The translations under genes were made by a program, and so were the position numbers. 64,000 nt of DNA from Chitinophaga nivalis (GTDB lineage: Bacteria > Bacteroidota > Bacteroidia > Chitinophagales > Chitinophagaceae): positions 3,523,953 through 3,587,952 of the forward strand of contig NZ_JAPDNR010000001.1 in NCBI RefSeq assembly GCF_025989125.1, given 5' to 3'. A model generated the notes under the pieces. The model was not told the origin of the DNA and did not search any database. It saw only the letters and a list, made by a program, of their open reading frames with translations. The stretch's first letter is position 1, and each line of letters opens with the position of its first letter. This document shows positions 39,519 to 48,665 of the stretch, one piece after another.

Positions 39519-40520
39519 ATGTCCACCAAAACTTTTTTTTGTATAGATGCCCACACCTGTGGTAATCCGGTAAGGCTGGTCGCCGGCGGCGGTCCTGTGC
39601 TGAAAGGAAACAGCATGATGGAAAGACGCCTGCACTTTCTGGCAGAATATGACTGGATCAGAAAAGGGTTGATGTTTGAACCCAGAGGACACGATATGAT
39701 GAGTGGCAGTATCCTCTATCCACCCGTTGATGAAGCCAATGACACAGGTGTATTATATATCGAAACCAGTGGTTGCCTGCCGATGTGCGGACATGGTACC
39801 ATCGGCACCGTCACTATTGCAATTGAACAAGGGCTTATTACCCCCAAAATACCAGGTCAGTTAAGGTTGGAAACACCGGCTGGCCTGGTGCTTATAAATT
39901 ACGTACAGGAAGGTAAGAAAGTGAAATCAGTAAAACTGACAAACGTAAAATCCTTCCTGGCAGCAGAAAATCTATCTGTAGAATGCCCGGACCTGGGTAC
40001 GCTGCAGGTAGATGTTTCCTATGGCGGCAATTTTTACGCCATCGTAGATCCGCAGGAAAATTTTCCTGGCCTGGAACACTATACTGCCGGGCAACTGGTA
40101 ACCTGGAGCCGGGAATTACGTAAACGGCTAAACGAAAATTACACCTTCGTACATCCGGAAAATGAACATATCAAAGGACTGAGCCATATTTTATGGACCG
40201 GTACCCCGCTGAATCCGGAGGCAACGGCCCGCAACGCCGTGTTTTACGGCGATAAGGCCATCGACCGCTCTCCCTGTGGTACCGGCACTTCCGCCAGGAT
40301 GGCGCAGTGGTATGCGAAAGGTAAACTGAAAGCCGGCGATCGTTTTATTCATGAAAGTATCATTGGCTCTGCCTTTACCGGCACGATAGAAGCAACGGCT
40401 ACTGTCGCCGGCAAACCCGCTATTGTACCGGGTATCGAAGGTTGGGCAATGGTAACAGGATACAATACGATTCTGCTGGACGATGCCGATCCATATGTAC
40501 ACGGGTTTCAGGTAATATAA
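39519..40520 (+). CDS. 4-hydroxyproline 2-epimerase (proline racemase family)
   Basis: 333 aa with both catalytic Cys motifs (…SGCLPMCGHGTIG… and …DRSPCGTGTSARMA…) characteristic of proline racemase/4-Hyp epimerase. Confidence 0.85.
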   Translation: MSTKTFFCIDAHTCGNPVRLVAGGGPVLKGNSMMERRLHFLAEYDWIRKGLMFEPRGHDMMSGSILYPPVDEANDTGVLYIETSGCLPMCGHGTIGTVTIAIEQGLITPKIPGQLRLETPAGLVLINYVQEGKKVKSVKLTNVKSFLAAENLSVECPDLGTLQVDVSYGGNFYAIVDPQENFPGLEHYTAGQLVTWSRELRKRLNENYTFVHPENEHIKGLSHILWTGTPLNPEATARNAVFYGDKAIDRSPCGTGTSARMAQWYAKGKLKAGDRFIHESIIGSAFTGTIEATATVAGKPAIVPGIEGWAMVTGYNTILLDDADPYVHGFQVI

Positions 40521-40566
40521 ATCAACGGAAACTATTTCCGTACTATTCATCATTCGTAATTGTAAA

Positions 40567-41811
40567 ATGAATACAACCATTATAGGAGGCGGTATTATTG
40601 GTCTTTGTGCAGCCTACTACCTGCAGGAAAGCGGGTGGAAGGTAACGGTTATGGATACCGGTGATTTCCGGCAGAACTGTTCCTATGGCAACATGGGCAT
40701 GATTGTGCCCAGTCATTTTGTGCCGCTGGCTGCGCCGGGTATTATTTCACAGGGCATTCGCTGGATGTTCAACGGCAGGAGTCCTTTTTATGTAAAACCA
40801 GCATTGAACAGACAGCTAATAAGCTGGGGCCTGCAGTTTATCAAAAATGCCAATGCTGCACACGTGGCCGCATCAGCGGTGCCCTTGCGGGATCTCAACC
40901 TCCTCAGCCGCCATCTGTATGAACAGCTGGCGAAACAGCCGGGCTTTGGTTTCGGATTGGAACGTAAGGGCATTATCATGTATTACAAAACAGCTGCCGT
41001 TGGGGAAGAAGAGGCCCATCTTGCGGAAAAGGCCGCCGCTATGGGGCTGGATGCTGCGGTATTGAACCGGGCAGACTTACAGGCACTGGAACCACAAATA
41101 GAGATGGATGTACTGGGCGGTGTGCATTACCGATGTGACGCTCACCTGAGCCCGCATGAACTGATGCCGCAACTGATTACACACCTGCAAAGAAAAGGCG
41201 TACAGTTTCTGCCAAATACAAAAGTAACAGGTATTAAAACGGCACAGGGAAAAATAAAAACCGTGATGGCCGGTACAACAGCCTATGAGTCGGATCTCTT
41301 TGTGCTGGCAGCAGGTTCCTGGACACCGGAAGTAGCGCAGCTGGCCGGCATCCGTATTCCTATGATGCCAGGGAAAGGATATTCTGTAACGCTGGATGCA
41401 CCGAAATTAAATTTAAATATTCCGGCCATTTTATGTGAAGCCAGGGTAGCCCTTACACCTATGCGGCAGCAGCTGCGTTATGGTGGTACCATGGAAGTGG
41501 CCGCCGTCAATGATCGCATCAATATGAACCGGGTAGCGGGTATCGTTGATTCTGTACAGCAATATTTTCCGAACCTGCCGGTAACCATGCCGGAAAAGGA
41601 AGCAGTATGGAGTGGATGCAGACCTTGCTCTCCCGACGGATTACCTTTTATCGGATATTCGCAACAATATAGTAATTTGCTGCTCGCCGGAGGACATGCA
41701 ATGATGGGATTAAGTCTGGGACCTGCTACCGGAAAGTTGCTGGCGCAACTGGCCGGTCAACAGCCTACCAGCGTGAGTTTGAAAGCTTTCTCCCCGGCAC
41801 GGTTTCGTTGA
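40567..41811 (+). CDS. FAD-dependent oxidoreductase (DadA/D-hydroxyproline dehydrogenase-like)
   Basis: The N-terminal FAD Rossmann motif is MNTTIIGGGIIGLCAAYYL, and the protein has the DAO fold. Its context is the Hyp catabolic cluster. Confidence 0.8.
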   Translation: MNTTIIGGGIIGLCAAYYLQESGWKVTVMDTGDFRQNCSYGNMGMIVPSHFVPLAAPGIISQGIRWMFNGRSPFYVKPALNRQLISWGLQFIKNANAAHVAASAVPLRDLNLLSRHLYEQLAKQPGFGFGLERKGIIMYYKTAAVGEEEAHLAEKAAAMGLDAAVLNRADLQALEPQIEMDVLGGVHYRCDAHLSPHELMPQLITHLQRKGVQFLPNTKVTGIKTAQGKIKTVMAGTTAYESDLFVLAAGSWTPEVAQLAGIRIPMMPGKGYSVTLDAPKLNLNIPAILCEARVALTPMRQQLRYGGTMEVAAVNDRINMNRVAGIVDSVQQYFPNLPVTMPEKEAVWSGCRPCSPDGLPFIGYSQQYSNLLLAGGHAMMGLSLGPATGKLLAQLAGQQPTSVSLKAFSPARFR

Positions 41812-41935
41812 GGTTATTAGCTGTTGGTATTGGGCTACTAGCCGTTTCTTATAAGTGACTACACCTATGAATTCACCTGTGCATGTATAAGAAATAATGA
41901 TGTAAATCAACCAATCACTGATAACAGTAAGCCAG

Positions 41936-42571
41936 ATGCTAAAAGCAAAATGTTCCGCAGAATATGGTGCCCGTGAAGAAAAAGACTATGCCGTTTTCTG
42001 GCACGAGATGCAACAGGATAATGAACAGGGTTTGTATAAAATATACCACGAGGTGTATGATAACCTGTACCATTACGGTGTGTCGGTAGTGCTGGATAAG
42101 GCTATGGTCAAAGAAGCCATCAACGATGTGTTTGTGGAGATCTGGCGGAAAAGACAGCAGCTGGAAATGCCGGATAACATCAACGGATATCTTTTTATCT
42201 GTTTTAAACGCCGGTTGTATAAAATTCTCAGTAAACACAACAAGACAGCCAGCCAGGAAGACAGCCTGCTCTTTATAGAGCCGGAGGAGCGGCCGTACGA
42301 GGAAATACTGATCCGGCAGGAAACGGATCAGCAGGTGAAGCAAAAGCTGGAACGTATGCTGGACCTGCTCACCTGGCGACAGAAAGAATTTATCCGCCTG
42401 CGGTTTTATGATAATTTAAGTATAGAAGAGATAGCCGCTAAAACAGCGGCTACTCCGCGTACTATTTACAATACCATTCACAATGCCCTGGTACGTATCC
42501 GGGAAGTATATACAGATGCCTCTTTCATTGCGCTGCTACTGCTTTTGGTAGATATGGAAAAAAATTCCTGA
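41936..42571 (+). CDS. ECF-type RNA polymerase sigma factor
   Basis: 211 aa with region 2 (…YHYGVSVV…FVEIW) and region 4 (LTWRQKEFIRLRFYDNLSIEEIAAKTAATPRTIYNTIHNAL). Confidence 0.8.
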   Translation: MLKAKCSAEYGAREEKDYAVFWHEMQQDNEQGLYKIYHEVYDNLYHYGVSVVLDKAMVKEAINDVFVEIWRKRQQLEMPDNINGYLFICFKRRLYKILSKHNKTASQEDSLLFIEPEERPYEEILIRQETDQQVKQKLERMLDLLTWRQKEFIRLRFYDNLSIEEIAAKTAATPRTIYNTIHNALVRIREVYTDASFIALLLLLVDMEKNS

Positions 42572-42614
42572 AAAATTTGGTAAAAGAACAGACACCCCGG
42601 CCTCTTTATTAAAA

Positions 42615-43646
42615 ATGGCCGGTATGGACTTACAGCAGTATAAGGCAGAAGATTTTATTTTAAACGATTCCTTTGTGCGTTATTGTTTACGCACGAACGA
42701 TGCTGATGTACAGTTCTGGGAAAGCTGGCTGAATAAACATCCGCATAAACAGGCCGAAGCAGCCAAAGCACAAAGCTGGTTGTTTAAGCTGAATCTCCGT
42801 CTTACACCCGAAGAAAAAACAGCCGCTTTCCTCGAATTACAAACGGCTATTGCCACCGAAAACAATCTTACTCCCATTATCCCTATACCACGTACCCGCA
42901 ACCGGAAACGATTATTGCGTATAGCCGCTGCGGTTACCCTGCTGCTGGGCGCGGCGGCAGGTAGTTTTTTCCTGCGTCATGCTCCCCGTCCCATAGCTGC
43001 TGCCTATACCATATACCAGGCAGGCGACAGCATGCGCCGGCACATTCAGCTGCCGGATGGTTCAGCCGTTTTACTGAACGCCCGCAGCACCCTGAAAGTT
43101 CCTGCTACTTATAATGCCGGACAACGTCAGCTGGAACTGAATGGGGAAGCACTGTTTGAGGTAGCCGCGGCCGCAGGCCAGCCATTTATTGTATCCTCCG
43201 GTAACCTGCATATACAGGCACTGGGAACGGCCTTTAAAGTCCGGGCTTACACCTTTGATACCACGATGGCCGTATCGCTGCTGAATGGCCGCGTACAGGT
43301 GGCACAGGCGGGCGACAGTATGTTATTATTGCCGGGCGAACAGATAACGACCCGTAAAGAAGGCGCTGCATTTGATAAACACACTTTTGATATAAACAGG
43401 GAAACAGCCTGGCGTAGCGGCCGGTTGTCTTTTGATAAAGCTACGCTGGCCGAAGTAGCACATACACTGGAGTACTGGTATGGCGTAAAAGTAGTGGTGC
43501 AACCGGGGAAATATAAGCCCATACGGTTTAACGGCACCTTCACCAACAAAACACTGCAGGAAGTATTAACAGCCATCTGTTTTGTAAACGGACTTTCAAC
43601 CACGGAAAAAAATGACACACTGTATATACAATCAACCAAACATTAG
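42615..43646 (+). CDS. FecR-family anti-sigma factor / transmembrane sensor
   Basis: 343 aa with a TM segment (LLRIAAAVTLLLGAAAGSFFL) and a FecR domain (IQLPDGSAVLLNARSTL...GEALFEV...). Confidence 0.8.
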   Translation: MAGMDLQQYKAEDFILNDSFVRYCLRTNDADVQFWESWLNKHPHKQAEAAKAQSWLFKLNLRLTPEEKTAAFLELQTAIATENNLTPIIPIPRTRNRKRLLRIAAAVTLLLGAAAGSFFLRHAPRPIAAAYTIYQAGDSMRRHIQLPDGSAVLLNARSTLKVPATYNAGQRQLELNGEALFEVAAAAGQPFIVSSGNLHIQALGTAFKVRAYTFDTTMAVSLLNGRVQVAQAGDSMLLLPGEQITTRKEGAAFDKHTFDINRETAWRSGRLSFDKATLAEVAHTLEYWYGVKVVVQPGKYKPIRFNGTFTNKTLQEVLTAICFVNGLSTTEKNDTLYIQSTKH

Positions 43647-43666
43647 GTAAAGTTAAATCAACCGTT

Positions 43667-46600
43667 ATGAAAAGAATATCCCTTATGGGGGCATGCTTCG
43701 CCGTGCTCTTATCATTCCTTTTGTTAAGCTGGGTGCAGGTGGCAGAAGGGTTGAAAGATAAAATCGACGTAGGTTTCAGACAAACCAAAGTATTGCAGGT
43801 ATTACAATACCTGGAAAAAAATACCCGGCTGAAATTTTCTTACAACCTGGATGACCTGGAACAATTAAAACCACTCACCATCGACAAAAAAGAACGTACC
43901 GTGGAAACCCTGTTACAGGAAATCAGCCACATTACTACGTTACAGTTTAAAATTACAGATGAAATCATCCTGGTAAAGGTACCATCGGCCATCGTTACAA
44001 CACAGCAGCCGGCAGCACCACAACAGGAAAAACCGGTAACCGGTGTGATACAATCTGCCACCGGTGAAAAATTGCCAGGTGTAAGCGTGAAAGTAAAAGG
44101 TAGCACCAAAGGCGTACTTACAGATGCCTCCGGTGCTTTCCGGTTTACAGACCTGCCGAAAGATGCCATACTCGAAATCTCCTTCATTGGCTTCAATAGC
44201 CAGGAAGTAGCCGTGAACGGACAATCCGTGTTGTCTGTTACGCTGGAAACATCTACCAAAGTACTGGATCAGGTAGTGGTAGTAGGTTATGGCACACAAA
44301 GCAAACGGAATGTCAGCAGTGCCATTACCTCTGTAAAAGGTAGTGAAATTGCGAATGTACCCAGCAACAACCCGGTAAATGCCCTGCAAGGTAGGGTAGC
44401 GGGTTTAACAGTCGTAAACTCAGGTGGCGCACCAGGTGCGATGGCAGATATCAAATTAAGAGGTGTCAGCACTTTTGGAGAACATCAGCCTTTGTTTGTG
44501 ATAGACGGGGTACCGGGTGATCCTTATTACCTGAATAATAATGACATTGCTTCCATTGAAGTGCTGAAAGATGGGGCGGCAGCTTCTATCTACGGTTCCC
44601 AGAGTGCCAACGGTGTTATCCTGGTTACTACCAAAAAAGGGAAAAAAGGCGCACCTAAAATGGAGTTCAACAGCTATTACAGCGTGGTGAATCCCGTAGG
44701 CAAAATGCACCTGCTCGATGGAGAAGGATACCTGAAAGTACACCGCATGATGTACGATAATGCACCAGACATAGATCCTTCTGAAAAACCGGCTTATTTA
44801 ACGCAACCGGTTACAGCCAACACCAACTGGCGCGACGAGGTAACACAGCAGGGAAGTGCAGAAAACTACAGCCTGAACGTAACTGGCGGCGGCGAGTATT
44901 TTAACTATGGCCTGAGTGGTAATATCACCAAAGAAATAGGTACCATGATCGGTACTGATTTCCGCAAGAAATCATTACGTGCCCGGAACGAATATAAAAA
45001 AGGCCGCCTCACGATAGAAACCAACCTGGTATATGCAGAAACACAGCTCCGCGAAATGCGTTTCAGCCTGAAAGATGCTTATTTCCAATCACCTTTGTTA
45101 CCGGTGTATGATAGCAAAGAGAAGTACGGATACGCCCTGCAGATCAATGAATTGCCTAAGTTTCAGAATCCGGTAGGCGCTAGTTTTTATAACGACAACT
45201 ACAACAAAACACAGTATTTCAGCGGGAATGCCCGGATGTCGGTACAGCTGATCAAAGGCATGAAGTTCGTGACCAACCTGAGTCTGGCCAACAGCAACAG
45301 CTTTGATTACGCTTATCATCCGCCATACCGTGCCAATCAGAATGATCCGGTACAACCTTTCGCCCGTTTAACAGACGGCCGTACCAACAGACGTGAACGC
45401 CTGATGGAAAACCTGTTGTACTACGACCGGAGTTTTGGTAAACATAGCCTCAACCTGCTGGCGGGTTATACTGCACAGGAAATTATCCGTAACCGGGTAA
45501 TTACCATTGCAGACGGAAAATCCAATGTATACACAGTAAAGAACGGACAAGTAGATATTTCCGAAGTACCGGGTGGTTTCCTGGATCCTAATTTTACCAC
45601 CATGGACGGTGCTAAAGGAGGTTTGTTCAATGCTACCGGCTCCCGGCCGCAATACAACCGCCTGTCTACACTGGGCCGTGTTAACTATTCCTACGATAAC
45701 AAATACCTGGTGCAATTGTCGGTACGCCGCGACGGTTCTTCCAAATTCGGTGAAAACCGCCGCTATGGTGTATTCCCTTCTGCATCCGTAGGCTGGAATA
45801 TGCACAGCGAAAGCTTTATGCAGCGCTTTACCTGGCTGGATTTACTGAAAGTACGTGCCAGCTATGGTGAGTTAGGTAATGAAATTTCCCTGAAAGAGTA
45901 CGATCACCAGGCATTGATTGATATCTATAACTATATGGGTGGTGGCTCCGTACAGGGCGGTGGTACCGTATGGCCCGGTGGTGCTGCATGGGAACTGAAA
46001 AATAAAGACCTGCGCTGGGAAACAAGTGTATCTAAAAATATCGGGATCGACTTTGGTGTGTTGAAAAACCTCACCGGTTCCTTTAACTATTTTAACAACG
46101 TAACCAATGATCTGCTGATCCGGAAAGAACTGGCGCCAAGTGCCGGATTAAATAATCCGGTGATGAACGTAGGCCGTATCAGTAATAAAGGCTGGGAACT
46201 GGAATTAACCTATAGCGATCATCATAAAGATTTTAATTATAGTGTAACCGGTACCGTTAGTCAGGTGAAAAATAAGGTGCTGGCACTGGCCAACGAAGGA
46301 CAAAAAATAAACGGTGTTGGATTGAAATACGGCAGCGGCCCCATTCCTAATACCACCATGGTAGGTACAGAAATAGGTGCTTTCTATCTCTATACAGCAG
46401 ATGGCATTTTCCAGTCTGACGAAGAAGCTGCCAACTATAAAAATGCGAATGGTGTTGCTTACCAGCCGGATGCCAAAGCAGGAGATATCCGTTTTATAGA
46501 CAGCAATGGAGATGGTATTATCAATGCTAAGGATAAAACCTATAAAGGCAGCGGGTTCCCTAAACTCGAATATGGCCTGAATATGAATTTCAGCTACAAA

Positions 46601-47053
46601 GGTTTCGACCTCCAGTTATTCTGGCAAGGTGTTGCCGGCAACAAAATCTATAATGGTAATAAATACGAACAACAGGGCATGGATGCAGGCCGCAACTTTG
46701 ATGTAAGTACCCTGCGTGCCTGGACACCAGACAATCGCAATACAGACGTACCACGTGCGGTATTGGGTGATCCGAATGGTAATACCCGCGAATCTACCCG
46801 CTTCCTGGAAAAAGGCGATTACCTGCGCCTGAAAACCCTGCAGCTGGGCTATGCCTTTGCGCCACATTTACTGCAAAGAGCCAGCATCAACCGGTTGAGG
46901 ATCTACGCCAGCGCACAGAACCTGCTCACCTTCACAAAGTATTCCGGTATGGATCCGGAAGTAGGTCGCGCGGAAGTATTGAACACCGGCCTGGACTTAT
47001 GGATGTATCCACAGAATAAAGTGTTTATGGCCGGCCTGCAGCTGGAATTCTAA
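43667..47053 (+). CDS. susC: SusC/RagA-family TonB-linked outer membrane transporter with an N-terminal STN signalling domain
   Basis: 1128 aa. It has an STN-like domain (…KVLQVLQYLEKNTRLKFSYN…ETLLQEISHITTLQFKITDEIILV), a plug (DGVPGDP…LKDGAAASIYGSQSANGVILVTT) and a barrel ending ...AGLQLEF. Confidence 0.9.
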   Translation: MKRISLMGACFAVLLSFLLLSWVQVAEGLKDKIDVGFRQTKVLQVLQYLEKNTRLKFSYNLDDLEQLKPLTIDKKERTVETLLQEISHITTLQFKITDEIILVKVPSAIVTTQQPAAPQQEKPVTGVIQSATGEKLPGVSVKVKGSTKGVLTDASGAFRFTDLPKDAILEISFIGFNSQEVAVNGQSVLSVTLETSTKVLDQVVVVGYGTQSKRNVSSAITSVKGSEIANVPSNNPVNALQGRVAGLTVVNSGGAPGAMADIKLRGVSTFGEHQPLFVIDGVPGDPYYLNNNDIASIEVLKDGAAASIYGSQSANGVILVTTKKGKKGAPKMEFNSYYSVVNPVGKMHLLDGEGYLKVHRMMYDNAPDIDPSEKPAYLTQPVTANTNWRDEVTQQGSAENYSLNVTGGGEYFNYGLSGNITKEIGTMIGTDFRKKSLRARNEYKKGRLTIETNLVYAETQLREMRFSLKDAYFQSPLLPVYDSKEKYGYALQINELPKFQNPVGASFYNDNYNKTQYFSGNARMSVQLIKGMKFVTNLSLANSNSFDYAYHPPYRANQNDPVQPFARLTDGRTNRRERLMENLLYYDRSFGKHSLNLLAGYTAQEIIRNRVITIADGKSNVYTVKNGQVDISEVPGGFLDPNFTTMDGAKGGLFNATGSRPQYNRLSTLGRVNYSYDNKYLVQLSVRRDGSSKFGENRRYGVFPSASVGWNMHSESFMQRFTWLDLLKVRASYGELGNEISLKEYDHQALIDIYNYMGGGSVQGGGTVWPGGAAWELKNKDLRWETSVSKNIGIDFGVLKNLTGSFNYFNNVTNDLLIRKELAPSAGLNNPVMNVGRISNKGWELELTYSDHHKDFNYSVTGTVSQVKNKVLALANEGQKINGVGLKYGSGPIPNTTMVGTEIGAFYLYTADGIFQSDEEAANYKNANGVAYQPDAKAGDIRFIDSNGDGIINAKDKTYKGSGFPKLEYGLNMNFSYKGFDLQLFWQGVAGNKIYNGNKYEQQGMDAGRNFDVSTLRAWTPDNRNTDVPRAVLGDPNGNTRESTRFLEKGDYLRLKTLQLGYAFAPHLLQRASINRLRIYASAQNLLTFTKYSGMDPEVGRAEVLNTGLDLWMYPQNKVFMAGLQLEF

Positions 47054-47074
47054 GCGTATTTACTATTCAAAAAA

Positions 47075-48610
47075 ATGGTTATGAAAAAATCTTGGTTATA
47101 TACTTCGTTTTTATTTTTCTCGTTATGTGCCGGCACCGGCTGTAAAAAGGAATTACTGGAACAGAATTCGCCGGACAAACTGACGTCCGATAACTTCTGG
47201 ACCAATAAGGAGCGTGCATTGACAGGTCTTGCCGCCGCCTATTCCCAGCTGGAAAGTTTCGTAGACTGGGACAACTATGTGGAAGCCCGTTCCTGCCGGG
47301 ATTTTTACCGCGAAGACTTTGCACAGCCAGGCACCGATGCCTATAACTATGCCTGGTGGATGCAGATTTACAATTTCAACTACGACGCCAGCAATTATGC
47401 CATTGAGCTATTATGGCGTGATAATTACCGGGGGATTAACTTCAGTAATCAGGTGTTGGAAAATGTAAGCATCATGACACCGGCGCAGATTGATGACTCC
47501 AGCAAAAACGCCATCCTGGCGGAAGCTCATTTTCTGCGTGCCTATTACAACTTTAAGCTGCTGACCAACTTTGAAAAGGTAATCATCCGCGATAAAGTAC
47601 CCCAGCAGGAAACAGACCTGCCTAAAGCACCCGCTACCCGTGCGGAAGTATGGGACTTTATCCTGGCAGATCTGCGCGCAGCAGAACCGGTATTACCATT
47701 GCGCAGTAAAAGACCGGCATCAGAATTGGGACGTATCACCAAAGGCGCAGCGCAGGCTTACCTGGGTAAAGCCCTGATGTATCGTGCCGGAGAAGAAAAA
47801 GCGAATAGCAAGGCGTTGTTTACCGAAGCAGCGGCCTGGCTCGAAAAAGTAATCCTGTCCAATGAATACGGCCTGGTAGAAAACTACCTCGGTTTGTTCG
47901 ACGGTTCTACGAGTAATTCGAAAGAGTCGGTATTTGAACTGCAGCAAACCATGGATCAGTCCAACGGCGCCTACTTCAAATCGCAGTTGAGCGACTGGGT
48001 AGCAGCCTACGAACTGGGTGGTTACGGAGAAATCTATGGTACGCCGCGCCTGGTGACGGAAATGAAGAAAGAAGGAGAAGTGGCTACGGACAAGCGTTAC
48101 GACCACCGCTTGTATAATACCATCTTTTTTAAAGATCCTTATTTCAATGAAGCTACTAATCCGCGTGTATACGGAAAGGTGTTCGATAGCGTATTCAAGA
48201 ACAATAAGAACGCCATCGCTTTCCGCAAATGGATACCTGCTAAGTTAAATCAGCTGGGTAATGCCGTAGCCATCAACGTACCGTTGATGCGTTTGGCAGA
48301 TGTGAAACTGTTGTATGCAGAAGCACAGAATGAAGCAGGAGAACCAGGTAAGGCCGTGACTCAGATCAACGAGGTACGGGCCCGCGCTGGTATGCCGGCA
48401 TTGGCGTTAAGTGGCAAACAAGCCATCTTCGATCAGCTGATACATGAACGCGTAATGGAGTTTACCCTCGAAGGCAGCCGGTTTTATGACCTGCGTCGCT
48501 GGGGATTGCTGGTGCAGCAGATGCAGGCAGCCAAACGCCAGTTCTCGGCAGATAAGAGCTTCTATCCTTTGCCACAAAAGGAAACACTGAACAACCCATT
48601 GGCACAATAA
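47075..48610 (+). CDS. susD: SusD/RagB-family nutrient-binding outer membrane lipoprotein
   Basis: 511 aa with the lipobox LCAGTGC, the SusD-like TPR fold, and a C-terminal region RFYDLRRWG. Confidence 0.85.
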   Translation: MVMKKSWLYTSFLFFSLCAGTGCKKELLEQNSPDKLTSDNFWTNKERALTGLAAAYSQLESFVDWDNYVEARSCRDFYREDFAQPGTDAYNYAWWMQIYNFNYDASNYAIELLWRDNYRGINFSNQVLENVSIMTPAQIDDSSKNAILAEAHFLRAYYNFKLLTNFEKVIIRDKVPQQETDLPKAPATRAEVWDFILADLRAAEPVLPLRSKRPASELGRITKGAAQAYLGKALMYRAGEEKANSKALFTEAAAWLEKVILSNEYGLVENYLGLFDGSTSNSKESVFELQQTMDQSNGAYFKSQLSDWVAAYELGGYGEIYGTPRLVTEMKKEGEVATDKRYDHRLYNTIFFKDPYFNEATNPRVYGKVFDSVFKNNKNAIAFRKWIPAKLNQLGNAVAINVPLMRLADVKLLYAEAQNEAGEPGKAVTQINEVRARAGMPALALSGKQAIFDQLIHERVMEFTLEGSRFYDLRRWGLLVQQMQAAKRQFSADKSFYPLPQKETLNNPLAQ

Positions 48611-48616
48611 TCATTT

Positions 48617-48655
48617 ATCCTGCCGGTAAGCACGGCTGCCGGCAGGATGTTTTAT
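48617..48655 (+). terminator. Hairpin (10-bp stem) with a short U-tract between susD and the GH2 gene; a possible intra-operon attenuator
   Basis: ATCCTGCCGG-(11 nt)-CCGGCAGGAT followed by GTTTTA. It lies in the 55-bp spacer. Confidence 0.45.
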
Positions 48656-48665
48656 ACAGGCAACC

